Source of the DNA: Roseobacteraceae bacterium
GTDB lineage: Bacteria > Pseudomonadota > Alphaproteobacteria > Rhodobacterales > Rhodobacteraceae
Assembly: GCA_048381755.1 (NCBI GenBank)
Contig: JBLXGS010000017.1
Coordinates: 61,554-125,553, forward strand
Length of the DNA stretch: 64,000 nucleotides
Direction of reading: 5' to 3'
The notes below the pieces were generated by a model. The model searched no databases. It worked only from the letters and a program-made list of their open reading frames with translations, and was not told the origin of the DNA. This document shows positions 55,059 through 64,000 of this stretch, piece after piece (the stretch's first letter is position 1; every line of letters begins with the position of its first letter). Position numbers and translations under genes: made by a program.

Positions 55059-55766
55059 ATGGACCTCACCCGCTTCAAAGTTCTGACCTTCGACATCGTG
55101 GGCACCTGCATCGACTTCGAGCGTGGCGTGCTCGACGGCATCCGCGCCAACGGAGGACCGAAGGCAGTCGGGCTCGACGACGACGCGATCTTCGCGCCTT
55201 ATGTAGAAGCGAGGGACCTCCATCACGGCCGGACCAGCGAAGCCTTCGGTGATGTCTATCGCCACGTTGCGAAGGTGCTCGGGCTCGACACCTCAACCGC
55301 CGCGGCGGCGGGCTTTCAGGCCGCGATCCTGAACCTTCCGGCCTTTCCGGATTCTGTCGAGGCGCTCGCCCGGTTGCGGCGCCGCTACCGGCTGGTGGCC
55401 ATGACGAACGCTGACCGAGTGGCCTATAGCGCCTATGCGCACAGCTTGGGTTTGCCTTTTCATGACGCGGTGACCTGCGACGATGCGCTCTGCTCCAAAC
55501 CCGACCCGAGGTTCTTTGACTTCAACCGCGGCCGTCAGTCGGCCTTCGGCTTCAAGCAGGACGAGATCCTGCACGTGGCCCAGAGCCAGCACCATGACAT
55601 CGGCGTGGCGAAATCGCTTGGCTACAAGACCTGCTGGGTGGAGCGTCGCCACGACCAGCAGGGCTTCGGCGGCTCGCCGACGCCGCCGGTCGTGACCTCG
55701 CCCGATCTGCACGTGACCTCGCTGGCCGAGCTCGCCGACAAGGTCGAGGCGGCCTTCGGGCGATGA
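55059..55766 (+). CDS. HAD family hydrolase, type II haloacid dehalogenase-like
   Basis: Start at ATG 55059 (MDLTRFKVLTFDIVGT...). Motif I FDIVGT has a single Asp, as in dehalogenase-type HADs. MTNAD, SKPDP and HVAQSQHHDIGVAKSLG are also present. Confidence 0.7.
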   Translation: MDLTRFKVLTFDIVGTCIDFERGVLDGIRANGGPKAVGLDDDAIFAPYVEARDLHHGRTSEAFGDVYRHVAKVLGLDTSTAAAAGFQAAILNLPAFPDSVEALARLRRRYRLVAMTNADRVAYSAYAHSLGLPFHDAVTCDDALCSKPDPRFFDFNRGRQSAFGFKQDEILHVAQSQHHDIGVAKSLGYKTCWVERRHDQQGFGGSPTPPVVTSPDLHVTSLAELADKVEAAFGR

Positions 55767-57061
55767 CCGCGATGCTGCCGTCTGAAGCGGACTCGCTCTG
55801 GTTGGCCAGTTCGGCACCGCCGCCGGACCTGCCGCCCGTCACCGGCGACATGCAGGTCGACACCGCAGTGGTCGGTGCGGGCTTTTGCGGGCTGCACGCG
55901 GCGCTGGCCCTCGCTGGCGCGGGGCAGAACGTGGCGGTGCTGGAGGCCGGGGCACTCGGGCTGGGCGGGAGCGGACGCAACGGCGGTGTTGTCTCGGCGA
56001 AGTTCCGGCGCTCCTACCGCGATCTGGCCGCGCAGCACGGGCTCGATACCGCGCGCGCCATGCACGGCATCGCGCAGGACAGCGTGGTGCACCTGATCGC
56101 AACCTTGCAGCGGTTCGGGCTGGAGGCGGGCTTCGAGCGGACCGGCGCGCTCAAATGCGCGCATACCGAGGCTGCCTTCGCCCATGCTCGCGCCGAGGCC
56201 GACTGGCTGCGCAGCACTCTCGGCGAGCGCGATCTGCAGGTGCTGGGCCGCGTCGAAACGATATCCGAGACCGGCAGCCGCGACTTCTGTGGCGGCGTGC
56301 TGGCCGGGCAGGGCGGGGTAATCCACCCCCTGCGCTACCTGCACGGTCTCGCCGCCGCGGTCAGGCGGGAAGGCATCGCCGTTCATGTGCAGACACCGGT
56401 TCTCGAGGTATTCGAACGGGGGAGCGGGGTGACGCTGCGCGTGCCGGGCGGGACCATCACCGCGGGGCGTGTGCTGCTGGCCACCAATGCCTATTCGTCG
56501 CTGAGCCCGGCAACATCGCGAGTCCGGCGCATGGTGGTCCCGTTTCGCAGCGCCATGATCGCAACCGCGCCCCTGCCACCGGGGATTGCCGACGAGATCT
56601 GCCCCAAGGGACGCAGCTATACCGAGACCCGGCGCATGATGCGCTGGTTCCGCAAGGTCGATGGCAGACTCCTGTTCGGCGGGCGCGGTGCCCTTGGAGC
56701 GGTCGATGCTCCAGCGGCCTTCACCCGGCTGGAAACCGCGATGCTGCGGATTTTCCCGGCCCTCGAAGGCGTGGCGATCGACAAGCGCTGGTCCGGCCAC
56801 GTGGCGCTGACCTTCGACGCATTGCCGCAGGCGGGCAAACTCTCGGACCGGATACTCTACGCCGCGGGCTTCAACGGCACCGGTGTCGCCATGTCCGGGC
56901 TGGTCGGGCATCGGATGGGGCAGCTGATGACCGGAGGCACGCCCGAACTGGGACTTATTCTGCGCGCCAAGCCGCCCGAAGTGCCGTTCTTCGGGCTGCG
57001 TTCGATTGGCGTGCGCGGCGTCACCGCGTGGTACGAAGCCCTGGACGCGCTCGGGCGCTAG
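55763..57061 (+). CDS. FAD-dependent oxidoreductase (DAO family; D-amino acid / sarcosine / iminodiacetate oxidase-like)
   Basis: FAD motif VDTAVVGAGFCGLHAALALAGAG and GGSGRNGG. 432 aa. ATGA overlap with the HAD gene. Confidence 0.8.
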   Translation: MTAMLPSEADSLWLASSAPPPDLPPVTGDMQVDTAVVGAGFCGLHAALALAGAGQNVAVLEAGALGLGGSGRNGGVVSAKFRRSYRDLAAQHGLDTARAMHGIAQDSVVHLIATLQRFGLEAGFERTGALKCAHTEAAFAHARAEADWLRSTLGERDLQVLGRVETISETGSRDFCGGVLAGQGGVIHPLRYLHGLAAAVRREGIAVHVQTPVLEVFERGSGVTLRVPGGTITAGRVLLATNAYSSLSPATSRVRRMVVPFRSAMIATAPLPPGIADEICPKGRSYTETRRMMRWFRKVDGRLLFGGRGALGAVDAPAAFTRLETAMLRIFPALEGVAIDKRWSGHVALTFDALPQAGKLSDRILYAAGFNGTGVAMSGLVGHRMGQLMTGGTPELGLILRAKPPEVPFFGLRSIGVRGVTAWYEALDALGR

Positions 57062-57948
57062 TCGATTTTCTCCAGCGCCTTGCGCAGAAGCGTGCGGGCA
57101 GCATCGCGTGTCTTGAACCCGGCGTGCGCCGCGAGCACGAGGTTCGGACAGTCGCGCAGCGGCGAGGTCACGGGCAGTGGCTCTGTCTCGAAGACGTCGA
57201 GCCCCGCCTGCGCGAGCTGCCCGGTGCGCAGCGCCCCGATGAGCGCGGCCTCATCGATCAGCGCGCCCCGGGCCGTGTTCACGAAAATCGCGCCCGGCTT
57301 CATCGCGCCGAAGGCCTCCCGCCCGAGGAAGCCGCGGGTCTGAGGCGTCAGCGCGAGATGCAGTGAGATGACATCCGACGTGCCCAAAACCTCGTCCAGC
57401 GGCAATTGGCAGTCGCGCCAGGGCTGCGCGATCTCGGAGCGGTTCCAGATCGCCACATCCATGCCGAGCGCGCGGCCGATGCCCGCCATCTCGGCGCCAA
57501 TGCCGCCGAAGCCGATGAGCCCCAGCCGGTGGCCTTGCAGAAGCAAGCCTTCTTGGGGCTCCCAAATCCCGGCGCGCAGGTCCCTGTCCATCGCGGTGAC
57601 CCGCCGGGCACAGTCGAGGATCAGCGCCAGCGCCATCTCTGCGACCGAGCGGTCGCCGTAGCCGGTCACGTTCTCGACCGTGATGTCCCGCTCCGCGGCG
57701 GCCTCCATGTCGATGTAGGAACTCGCCCCGGTGCCCAGGAAGACGATCTTTCGCAGCTTGGGCAACCGGTCCAGCAGCGCCGGACCCATCATGGTATGAC
57801 CGTTGAGAATGACCTCGGCGTCCTGTGCCAGCGCGACCACGCCGTCATCATCCGGATCGCCGATGTTGACCGAGATCCGCGGGTCGGGCGGCAGTTCGCC
57901 CAGCAGCCCCGCCATCATCTCCGAGGCGTCGATATACTCAACCTGCAT
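57058..57948 (-). CDS. D-isomer-specific 2-hydroxyacid dehydrogenase
   Basis: NAD motif LGLIGFGGIGAEMA, plus NTARGALID and the C-terminal HAGFKT. Start set at ATG 57948, preceded by CAGGGAG. The stop overlaps the convergent FAD-oxidase stop by 4 nt. Confidence 0.85.
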   Translation of the reverse strand: MQVEYIDASEMMAGLLGELPPDPRISVNIGDPDDDGVVALAQDAEVILNGHTMMGPALLDRLPKLRKIVFLGTGASSYIDMEAAAERDITVENVTGYGDRSVAEMALALILDCARRVTAMDRDLRAGIWEPQEGLLLQGHRLGLIGFGGIGAEMAGIGRALGMDVAIWNRSEIAQPWRDCQLPLDEVLGTSDVISLHLALTPQTRGFLGREAFGAMKPGAIFVNTARGALIDEAALIGALRTGQLAQAGLDVFETEPLPVTSPLRDCPNLVLAAHAGFKTRDAARTLLRKALEKID

Positions 57949-59614
57949 GGGCGCGCTCCCTGTCGGCAACGCTGTAGTCGGCCTGCCCGAAGTTCCGCCC
58001 GCCCAGCGAGTAGTCCAGTGTCTTCAGCAAGGTCCGGGTGTAGTCGTTGCTGGGATTGGCAAAGACCTCCTCGGTCGGTCCCAGCTCCAGCAGCTTTCCG
58101 TGGTAGAGCACGGCGATGCGGTCGCACATGTAGCGGGCGACCTCGAGGTCATGCGTAATGAAGATCATCGAGAGCTGCTTCTCGCGCTGGATGTCTCGGA
58201 AAAGGTCGAGCACGCCCGCGCGCACCGAGACGTCGAGCTTGGACACCGCTTCGTCGGCGACGATGAGCGACGGATCGAGCGCCACGGCGCGGGCGATGGC
58301 GACGCGCTGGAGCTGCCCGCCGGACAGCTCGTGCGGAAACCGTTCGCCGTGCTCCGCGGTCAGACGCACCCGTTCGAGCAGCGCCGTGCTGCGCGCGGCT
58401 ATCTCACGCTTGTCGCCGACCCCCGCGGCGCGCAGCGCTTCGGCCAGAGAGTCCTTCATCAGCTTGCGCGGGTTGAACGAGCCTCCAGGATCCTGAAAGA
58501 CCATTTGCAACTCACGCCGCATCGGCCGCAGCGTCCGTTCCGAGGCGTTGGTGATGTCGCGGCCCTTGTAATGGATGCTGCCGCCGCTGGGCCGGTAGAG
58601 CCGCAGTAGGGCGCGGCCGAGCGTGGTCTTGCCGGACCCGGACTCGCCGACGAGACCGATAACCTCACCCTGCCGGATGTCGAGTGAGATTTCGTTCAGC
58701 GCCTTGAAGGCCGGGCGCGGCCCGGCAGGCGGAAAGACCAGCGACAGGTCGCGCACTTCGAAGAGCGGCGGCTTGTCCTTGCCGGGCTCCTCCCGCTGAC
58801 CCGAAGGCGAGGCCAGCTCGCGCGCCGTGGCGATCAGAAGCTTGGTGTAATCGTGCTGCGGGTCGGCAAAGAGCGTCTGCGCCTCGGCAACTTCGAGCAC
58901 CTCGCCGTGGCGCATCACCGCGATCCGGTCGCAGAGCGAGGCGGCCACGGCCATGTCGTGGGTGACAAAGATCATCCCGGCGTTGAGCCGCTGCTGGATC
59001 TGCTTGAACAGCGACAGGATCTGGTGCTCGACCACCTTGTCGAGGTTGGTGGTGGGCTCGTCGGCGACGATGAGGTCAGGCTCGAGCGCCAGAACCAGCG
59101 CGATCAGGGCCCGCTGCAGCATCCCGCCCGAGAGTTGGTGCGGATAAAGGTCGATCGACTCCTCGGCACGGCGGATCCCGACCTCCTGCATTAGTGCGAC
59201 GGCGCGACTGCGATAGTCTCCCGTGGTCTGGGACTTCATCCCGGCGGTCTCTGCACGCTTCATCACCTGCCGGAAATGCCAGCCGATGCGCTTCGCCGGG
59301 TTGAACGAGCCCACCGGGTCCTGAAAGATCATCGCCATGCGCACGCCGCGCAACCCGGCGAACTCGATCTCGCTCAGCGCCGCCAGTGGCGAGCCGTCGA
59401 ACAGGATTGCCTCCTGTTCAACCTGCGCCGTGTCCGGCAGCAGCCGCAGAAGCGCCATGCCGGTCATCGTCTTGCCCGAGCCTGACTCCCCGATGATGCC
59501 GAGGATTTCGCCGCGTTTAAGCTGCAGGTCGACGCCGTGCAGCACGTCCTTGCGCTGCGCGCCGCGGCCGAAGCCGACACGCAGGCCCTTGATGTCTACG
59601 AGGGGGACACGCAT
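57938..59614 (-). CDS. ABC transporter ATP-binding protein with two fused ATPase cassettes (DppD-DppF fusion type)
   Basis: Two complete cassettes: GESGSGKTM / LSGGMLQRALIALV / IVADEPTTNLD, and GESGSGKTT / LSGGQLQRVAIARA / IVADEAVSKLD. Start at ATG 59614 (MRVPLVDIKGL). Confidence 0.9.
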   Translation of the reverse strand: MRVPLVDIKGLRVGFGRGAQRKDVLHGVDLQLKRGEILGIIGESGSGKTMTGMALLRLLPDTAQVEQEAILFDGSPLAALSEIEFAGLRGVRMAMIFQDPVGSFNPAKRIGWHFRQVMKRAETAGMKSQTTGDYRSRAVALMQEVGIRRAEESIDLYPHQLSGGMLQRALIALVLALEPDLIVADEPTTNLDKVVEHQILSLFKQIQQRLNAGMIFVTHDMAVAASLCDRIAVMRHGEVLEVAEAQTLFADPQHDYTKLLIATARELASPSGQREEPGKDKPPLFEVRDLSLVFPPAGPRPAFKALNEISLDIRQGEVIGLVGESGSGKTTLGRALLRLYRPSGGSIHYKGRDITNASERTLRPMRRELQMVFQDPGGSFNPRKLMKDSLAEALRAAGVGDKREIAARSTALLERVRLTAEHGERFPHELSGGQLQRVAIARAVALDPSLIVADEAVSKLDVSVRAGVLDLFRDIQREKQLSMIFITHDLEVARYMCDRIAVLYHGKLLELGPTEEVFANPSNDYTRTLLKTLDYSLGGRNFGQADYSVADRERAHAG

Positions 59615-59618
59615 GGCA

Positions 59619-60452
59619 TCAGGTCCTTTCGCGAAGCTTGGGGTCGGTGAGATCGCGCAGCCCATCGCCCAGCAGGTTGATGCCCAGCAGTGCGACCGAG
59701 ATCGCCATGCCGCTCATTGTCAGAACCCAGGGCGCCCGCGAGAAATACTCGCGACCGTCGGACATGATCCCCCCCAGCGAGGGGGTGGGGGGCTGCACGC
59801 CAAGGCCGATGAAACTCAGTCCGGCCTCCAGGATGATGGCAAAGGCCAGACCCACGGAGGCCTGTACGAGGATCGGCGCTGAGATATTGGGCAGGATCTC
59901 GGTCAGCATGATCGCCGCCGGACGCCGCCCCATCAGGCGTGAGGCCTGTATGAACGGTTCTTCGCGGATCAGCAGCGTGGTGTTGCGCGCGATCCGGGCA
60001 AAGATCGGCAAGTAGACCAGCGCAATGGCGCCGATGATGTTCACCGAGGAGAAGCCGAAGAGCACCATGAGCAACATCGCGAGGATGAAGCTCGGAAAGG
60101 AGAACAGAAGGTCCATCACCCGCATCAGCACCCCGTCGGTCCAGCCCATGTGGTAGCCCGACAGGATGCCGATCCACGAGCCCAGCACTGCCGCTACCAG
60201 GATCGAGCAGAAGCTGATTGTCAGCGACACCTGCCCGCCGAGCAGCACGCGGATCAGCACGTCGCGACCGAAGCTGTCGGTGCCGAAGGGATGCGCGGCA
60301 CTGGGTGCGGCGAGGATAGCCATGAAGTCCATATCCTCGGGGCCGTAGGGGATCAGCGCCGGGCCGATCAGCACCGCCAGCGCCACGATCAGCACGATGA
60401 TCAGACCGACGACGCCGGTACGGTTCTGCATGAAACGGCGGAAAGAGGTCAT
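59619..60452 (-). CDS. ABC transporter permease (DppC-like)
   Basis: 277-aa polytopic protein adjacent to the DppB-like permease. Confidence 0.85.
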   Translation of the reverse strand: MTSFRRFMQNRTGVVGLIIVLIVALAVLIGPALIPYGPEDMDFMAILAAPSAAHPFGTDSFGRDVLIRVLLGGQVSLTISFCSILVAAVLGSWIGILSGYHMGWTDGVLMRVMDLLFSFPSFILAMLLMVLFGFSSVNIIGAIALVYLPIFARIARNTTLLIREEPFIQASRLMGRRPAAIMLTEILPNISAPILVQASVGLAFAIILEAGLSFIGLGVQPPTPSLGGIMSDGREYFSRAPWVLTMSGMAISVALLGINLLGDGLRDLTDPKLRERT

Positions 60453-60462
60453 GCGGGGGCCT

Positions 60463-61473
60463 TCACTTCACGGTCTGTTTGGGATCGAGCAGGGCGCAGA
60501 TCATGTCGACGGCAATGTTTGTCAGAAGCACAATGGCCAGAAACACCACGGTACAGGCCTGCAGCACCGTGTAGTCACGGGCAAAGGCGCCATCGACCAT
60601 CAGCGAGCCAATGCCGGGGATGCCGAAGATGCGTTCGACCACCACGACGCCGCCAAGGATGTAGCGGATCTGCAGCCCGACGATGGTCAGATAGGGCACC
60701 ATCGCGTTGCGCAGCACGAAATGCGCGAGGATGAAGGGCTTGGGCAGCCCGAAGGAGCGCGCCGCCGTGACGTAGGGTTTGGACAAGGTCTCGATCAGCA
60801 CGGCGCGCAGCGTGCGCGCGAAAACCGCCGCCATCGGCGCCGCGATGGCCAGCGCTGGCAGGAAGGCCGCGTGCAGCGCGCCGCCGAGGCTGTCCGATGG
60901 CGCGACGTAGCCAAAGGCCGGGAACAGGCCGAGCCCGAGCGACAGGCCGAAGATCAGAACGTAGCTCATCCAGAAGTCCGGCATCGAGATGCCGAACACC
61001 GCGATCGAGGTGGCGATCGTGTCGGTGGCCTTGCCGCGCTTGAGCGCGGCGAGTGTGCCGAGGATCAACGAGAGCGTCACCGCGAGAAACAGGGCGAAGA
61101 AGCCGACGAAGACCGTCGCGGGCAGTTTCTGCAAAACCAGCTCGCCCACCGGCATGCCACGGGCGACGGCGAGCGACTGCCCCAAATCGCCCTGAAAGAA
61201 ACCTGCGAGCCATTTGAAATATTGCGCGATCATCGGCGCATCGAGACCGTATTCAGCCCGGAAGGCGGCGATGGCCTCGGGCGTGGCCTGCTCGCCGAGG
61301 GCTGCCAGCGCCGGATCGCCCGGCGCTGCCTGAATGGTAAAGAACACCGCTGCGGTGCCGGCCAGCAGCACCAGAACCCCGCTCAGCAGGCGCTTGAGAA
61401 GATAGACGGCAATGGGCCCCCAGCGTTCGCTGAACCCGGGGGCCTTTGCCTGCGTGCCAAGCAGTTCGGACAT
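60463..61473 (-). CDS. ABC transporter permease (DppB-like)
   Basis: 336 aa with the typical N-terminus ...YLLKRLLSGVLVLLAGTAAVFFTIQAAPGDP. Confidence 0.85.
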   Translation of the reverse strand: MSELLGTQAKAPGFSERWGPIAVYLLKRLLSGVLVLLAGTAAVFFTIQAAPGDPALAALGEQATPEAIAAFRAEYGLDAPMIAQYFKWLAGFFQGDLGQSLAVARGMPVGELVLQKLPATVFVGFFALFLAVTLSLILGTLAALKRGKATDTIATSIAVFGISMPDFWMSYVLIFGLSLGLGLFPAFGYVAPSDSLGGALHAAFLPALAIAAPMAAVFARTLRAVLIETLSKPYVTAARSFGLPKPFILAHFVLRNAMVPYLTIVGLQIRYILGGVVVVERIFGIPGIGSLMVDGAFARDYTVLQACTVVFLAIVLLTNIAVDMICALLDPKQTVK

Positions 61474-61479
61474 CGTCGA

Positions 61480-63036
61480 TCAGCCCAGCTTCATGGTGCG
61501 GAACTGGTCGGCGAAGTTGGAATAGGGTTTTTGCACAAAGCCCTCCAGATCGGCGCGCAACAGGTTGTGGATGTTGGAGCAGAAGCACGGGATCACCGCG
61601 ACGTCTTCCATCGCGATGGCCTCAGCCTTCTTGTAGTACTCGGGGCGTTTTTCCGGATCGGTCTCGGCAAGGCCCTGGGCCGCCAGCTCGTCGACCTCGG
61701 GGTTCGAGTACCCCTGGAAGTTGCGCCAGCCAGTCGAGGTCAGGATGTCGCCAACGTATTCGTCGGGATCGACCATGCCCAGCCAGCCCCAGACGCCGGC
61801 TTCGAAATCGCCGGATTTCTGGCGCGCATAGGCGGTGTTGGCGTCTGTGACTTCGACCTTGAGCTTGGTGCCGAGGGTCTGGTTGACCTGCGCCACGAAG
61901 ATCTCGGCAAAGCGCCGCCACCAGCCGCCGGACCAGGTGATCACGCCGATCTCGATGTCCTCGGGGTTGTATTTCGACTTGGCCATTTCGGCCTTGGCCG
62001 CCTCGGGGTCGAAGCTCATGTAGGGCCGAGGCTCTTCGGAGTAATAGGCCGGAAGCTGCGGCGGCAGCAGGCCCTGCGCGGTCACGCCTTCGCCGAAGAT
62101 CACGGCCTGCACCATCGCTTCGCGCTGGAACGCCATGGATACGGCGCGGCGGAAGTGGACGTCGTCGAAGGGCGCCTTGCGAAGGTTGATCGAGATGAAG
62201 CGGGTGTTGAGGCCGGGCTGACCCAGCACCTCGACATTGCTGTCGTTCATCAGCACCGACACGTCGGCGGCAGGGGCGGTGGAGGTCATGTCGATCTGCC
62301 CGCCCTGCAGCGCGGTCACGCCCGAGGCTTCCTCGGCAATCAGAGGCACTTCGACGGTCTCGAAGCTGGGCGCGCCTTCGAAATAGTCAGCGTGGGCGGT
62401 GAGCGTCAGCCCCTCGCCAGCGCGCCAGTCGCTGACGCTGAAGGCGCCGGTGCCGACCGGCGCGCGCGAGAAGGCCTCTTCGCCCATCGACTCGAAGGCC
62501 GCCTTCGAGATGATCTGCGTGCCGGTGCGCGCGTTGGTGAGGAAGGTCAGCAGCGGTGCATAGGCGCCTTCGGTCAGGATGCGGACGGTGAGCGGGTCCA
62601 CCACCTCCACAGAGCTCACTCGGCTGAGCTTGCCAGCGTTGGGCGACGCGGTCTCTTCGGCCATCACGCGGTCGAGGGTGAATTTCACGTCCTCGGCGGT
62701 CAGCTCGCTGCCGTCGTGGAACTTGACGCCGGACTTCAGCTTGAACTCGTAGCCGCCGCCATCGAGCGGGGTGACCGTCTCGGCCAGATCGGGCACGACG
62801 TTCATGTCGTCGTCGAATTTCATCAGGCCATTGAACAGGCCCCAGATCACGTAGAATTCGGGGATCAGCGAGGCCTTGGCCGGATCGAGCGAGTTGATGA
62901 CGCTGTAGCCCGTGATCGCGGCGGTTAGCGTCGAGGACTGCGCCCACGCTGCGCGCGCAGAAAGCGAGAAGGAGCCGGCGATGGGCAGGGCGCTGATACC
63001 CTGCAACACGCGGCGGCGCGAAATCTGGTTGGTCAT
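61480..63036 (-). CDS. ABC transporter substrate-binding protein, family 5
   Basis: Tat/Sec-like leader MTNQISRRRVLQGISALPIAGSFSLSARAAWA. 518 aa. Family-5 layout. Confidence 0.85.
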   Translation of the reverse strand: MTNQISRRRVLQGISALPIAGSFSLSARAAWAQSSTLTAAITGYSVINSLDPAKASLIPEFYVIWGLFNGLMKFDDDMNVVPDLAETVTPLDGGGYEFKLKSGVKFHDGSELTAEDVKFTLDRVMAEETASPNAGKLSRVSSVEVVDPLTVRILTEGAYAPLLTFLTNARTGTQIISKAAFESMGEEAFSRAPVGTGAFSVSDWRAGEGLTLTAHADYFEGAPSFETVEVPLIAEEASGVTALQGGQIDMTSTAPAADVSVLMNDSNVEVLGQPGLNTRFISINLRKAPFDDVHFRRAVSMAFQREAMVQAVIFGEGVTAQGLLPPQLPAYYSEEPRPYMSFDPEAAKAEMAKSKYNPEDIEIGVITWSGGWWRRFAEIFVAQVNQTLGTKLKVEVTDANTAYARQKSGDFEAGVWGWLGMVDPDEYVGDILTSTGWRNFQGYSNPEVDELAAQGLAETDPEKRPEYYKKAEAIAMEDVAVIPCFCSNIHNLLRADLEGFVQKPYSNFADQFRTMKLG

Positions 63037-63089
63037 GTCAGTTTCCCTGTCTGTTGTCGGCCCTTCGGGCCTTGATTTTCGGATATTGA

Positions 63090-63112
63090 TGCCGGGCAGC
63101 GTCCGCCCGGCA
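63090..63112 (-). terminator. Hairpin after the monooxygenase gene
   Basis: TGCCGGGC (63090-63097) pairs with GCCCGGCA (63105-63112) across a 7-nt loop, 10 nt after the stop at 63122. Confidence 0.4.
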
Positions 63113-63121
63113 TGGCGGGCC

Positions 63122-64000
63122 TCAGGAGAGACCGAGGTTCTGCCGCAACGTTTCGCCCTCGTATTCGGAACGGAACAGGCCGCGCTTGCGCAGCTCGGGC
63201 AGGATGAAACGGCTCATGTCGTCCATGCCTTGCGGCAGCAGCGGCGGGCAGATGTTGAACCCGTCCGCGGCGCCGGTCTCGAACCAGTGCTGCAGATCGT
63301 CCACGACCTTTTCGGCGGTGCCGATGATGTAGCGCCCGGTGAACCCCGCAGCGGCGCTCTCGTAGAGTTGGCGGATGGTGAGGTTCTCGGCCTTGGCCTT
63401 GGCCAGAAGTCCGCTGCCGATGGTGATCTTGCCTTCGAACAGGTGCTCGGGCAGCGGACCGTCGAGATCGTAGCCCGAAAGGTCGCCGCAGAAGGTGTAG
63501 AGGATGTTGAGCCCGGCCAGCGGGTCGATCAGCGCCTGCAACTCGTCAAATCGCGCCTGCGCCTCTTCCTGCGTGGCGCCGGTGTAAATGGTGATGCCGG
63601 GCATGATCAGCGGCGCGTTGTCGGTTCGCCCGAACTCGGCGGCGCGTGCCTTGAGGTCGGCGTAGAACGCGCGCGCGTCCTCCACGGTCTGCGACACGGA
63701 ATAGACGACGTCTGCATGCTGCGCCGCGATGTCCCGGCCCTGGTTCGAGGCGCCGGCCTGCACGATCAGTGGCCGCCCTTGTGGCGTGCGGCACGAGTTG
63801 AGCGGCCCGCGCACCTGGAAATGCGGCCCATGGTGATCGAGAACGTGCATCTTTGCGGGGTCGTAGAACTGGCCGCTCGCCTTGTCATGGATGAAGGCGT
63901 CCGCGTCCCAGCTGTCCCACAGCCCGGTCACTACCTCGACGAACTCGGCGGCGCGGCCGTACCGTTCCTCGCGCGACAGGTTCTCCGTGCGGTTGAAGTT
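63122..64000 (-). CDS. LLM-class flavin-dependent monooxygenase, NtaA/SnaA/DszA/EmoA family (5' end outside window)
   Basis: The reading frame stays open upstream of the track start to the window edge; my translation of 63932-64000 is NFNRTENLSREERYGRAAEFVEV, continuing into TGLWDSWDADAF. HHGPHFQVRGPLN and IVQAGASNQGRDIAAQHADVV are family-typical. Confidence 0.8.
   Translation of the reverse strand, partial: NFNRTENLSREERYGRAAEFVEVVTGLWDSWDADAFIHDKASGQFYDPAKMHVLDHHGPHFQVRGPLNSCRTPQGRPLIVQAGASNQGRDIAAQHADVVYSVSQTVEDARAFYADLKARAAEFGRTDNAPLIMPGITIYTGATQEEAQARFDELQALIDPLAGLNILYTFCGDLSGYDLDGPLPEHLFEGKITIGSGLLAKAKAENLTIRQLYESAAAGFTGRYIIGTAEKVVDDLQHWFETGAADGFNICPPLLPQGMDDMSRFILPELRKRGLFRSEYEGETLRQNLGLS

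Noticed and set aside
60397-62928. The longest ORF in the track (843 aa, + strand).
   Set aside because: It is antisense to three well-supported ABC genes (two permeases and an SBP). Its translation is dominated by R/G/A/D/H/E runs with no recognisable motif. This is the typical shadow ORF of GC-rich DNA.

Overview
GC-rich bacterial DNA that is almost entirely coding. The gene content (many TRAP and ABC importers, GntR/LysR regulators, enolase-superfamily enzymes) looks like a soil or marine alphaproteobacterium; that taxonomic guess is inference only. I support 58 CDS, arranged as a chain of uptake-plus-catabolism modules, most with their own regulator. In order they are: (1) the tail of a Liv-type ABC system and a FadJ-like bifunctional beta-oxidation enzyme. 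(2) DeoR, phnDCEE and a HAD-IIA hydrolase. (3) A Zn-alcohol dehydrogenase, a class-B flavin monooxygenase and an AcoR-like regulator. (4) A FadR-type GntR, a PLP trans-sulfuration-family enzyme and a CUT1 sugar-type ABC importer. (5) A HutC-type GntR, a TAXI-TRAP system and three coupled lyase/enolase-superfamily genes. (6) An IlvD/Edd dehydratase, LysR, an SDR, an RraA-like aldolase, DctP, a fused DctQM, a 43-aa membrane peptide and a cupin. (7) An SDR, a Zn-ADH, an enolase-superfamily dehydratase, DctMQP and a GntR with a duplicated DNA-binding domain. (8) A Dpp-type ABC operon carrying three different deaminase/amidohydrolase genes, with a divergent GntR and flavin reductase. (9) LysR, a HAD-II dehalogenase-like gene and an FAD oxidase, convergent with a second Dpp-type ABC operon headed by an NtaA/DszA-family monooxygenase that runs off the window. 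I found no rRNA, tRNA, CRISPR array, transposase, integrase, phage gene or recognisable defence gene. Nothing here is clearly a new system. The best candidates are unusual enzyme-transporter combinations (modules 5, 8 and 9), a bEBP-like regulator lacking the sigma-54 contact loop, an amidohydrolase lacking the HxH metal motif, and several conserved intergenic motifs. All functional calls come from reading motifs in the supplied translations; no database search was possible.
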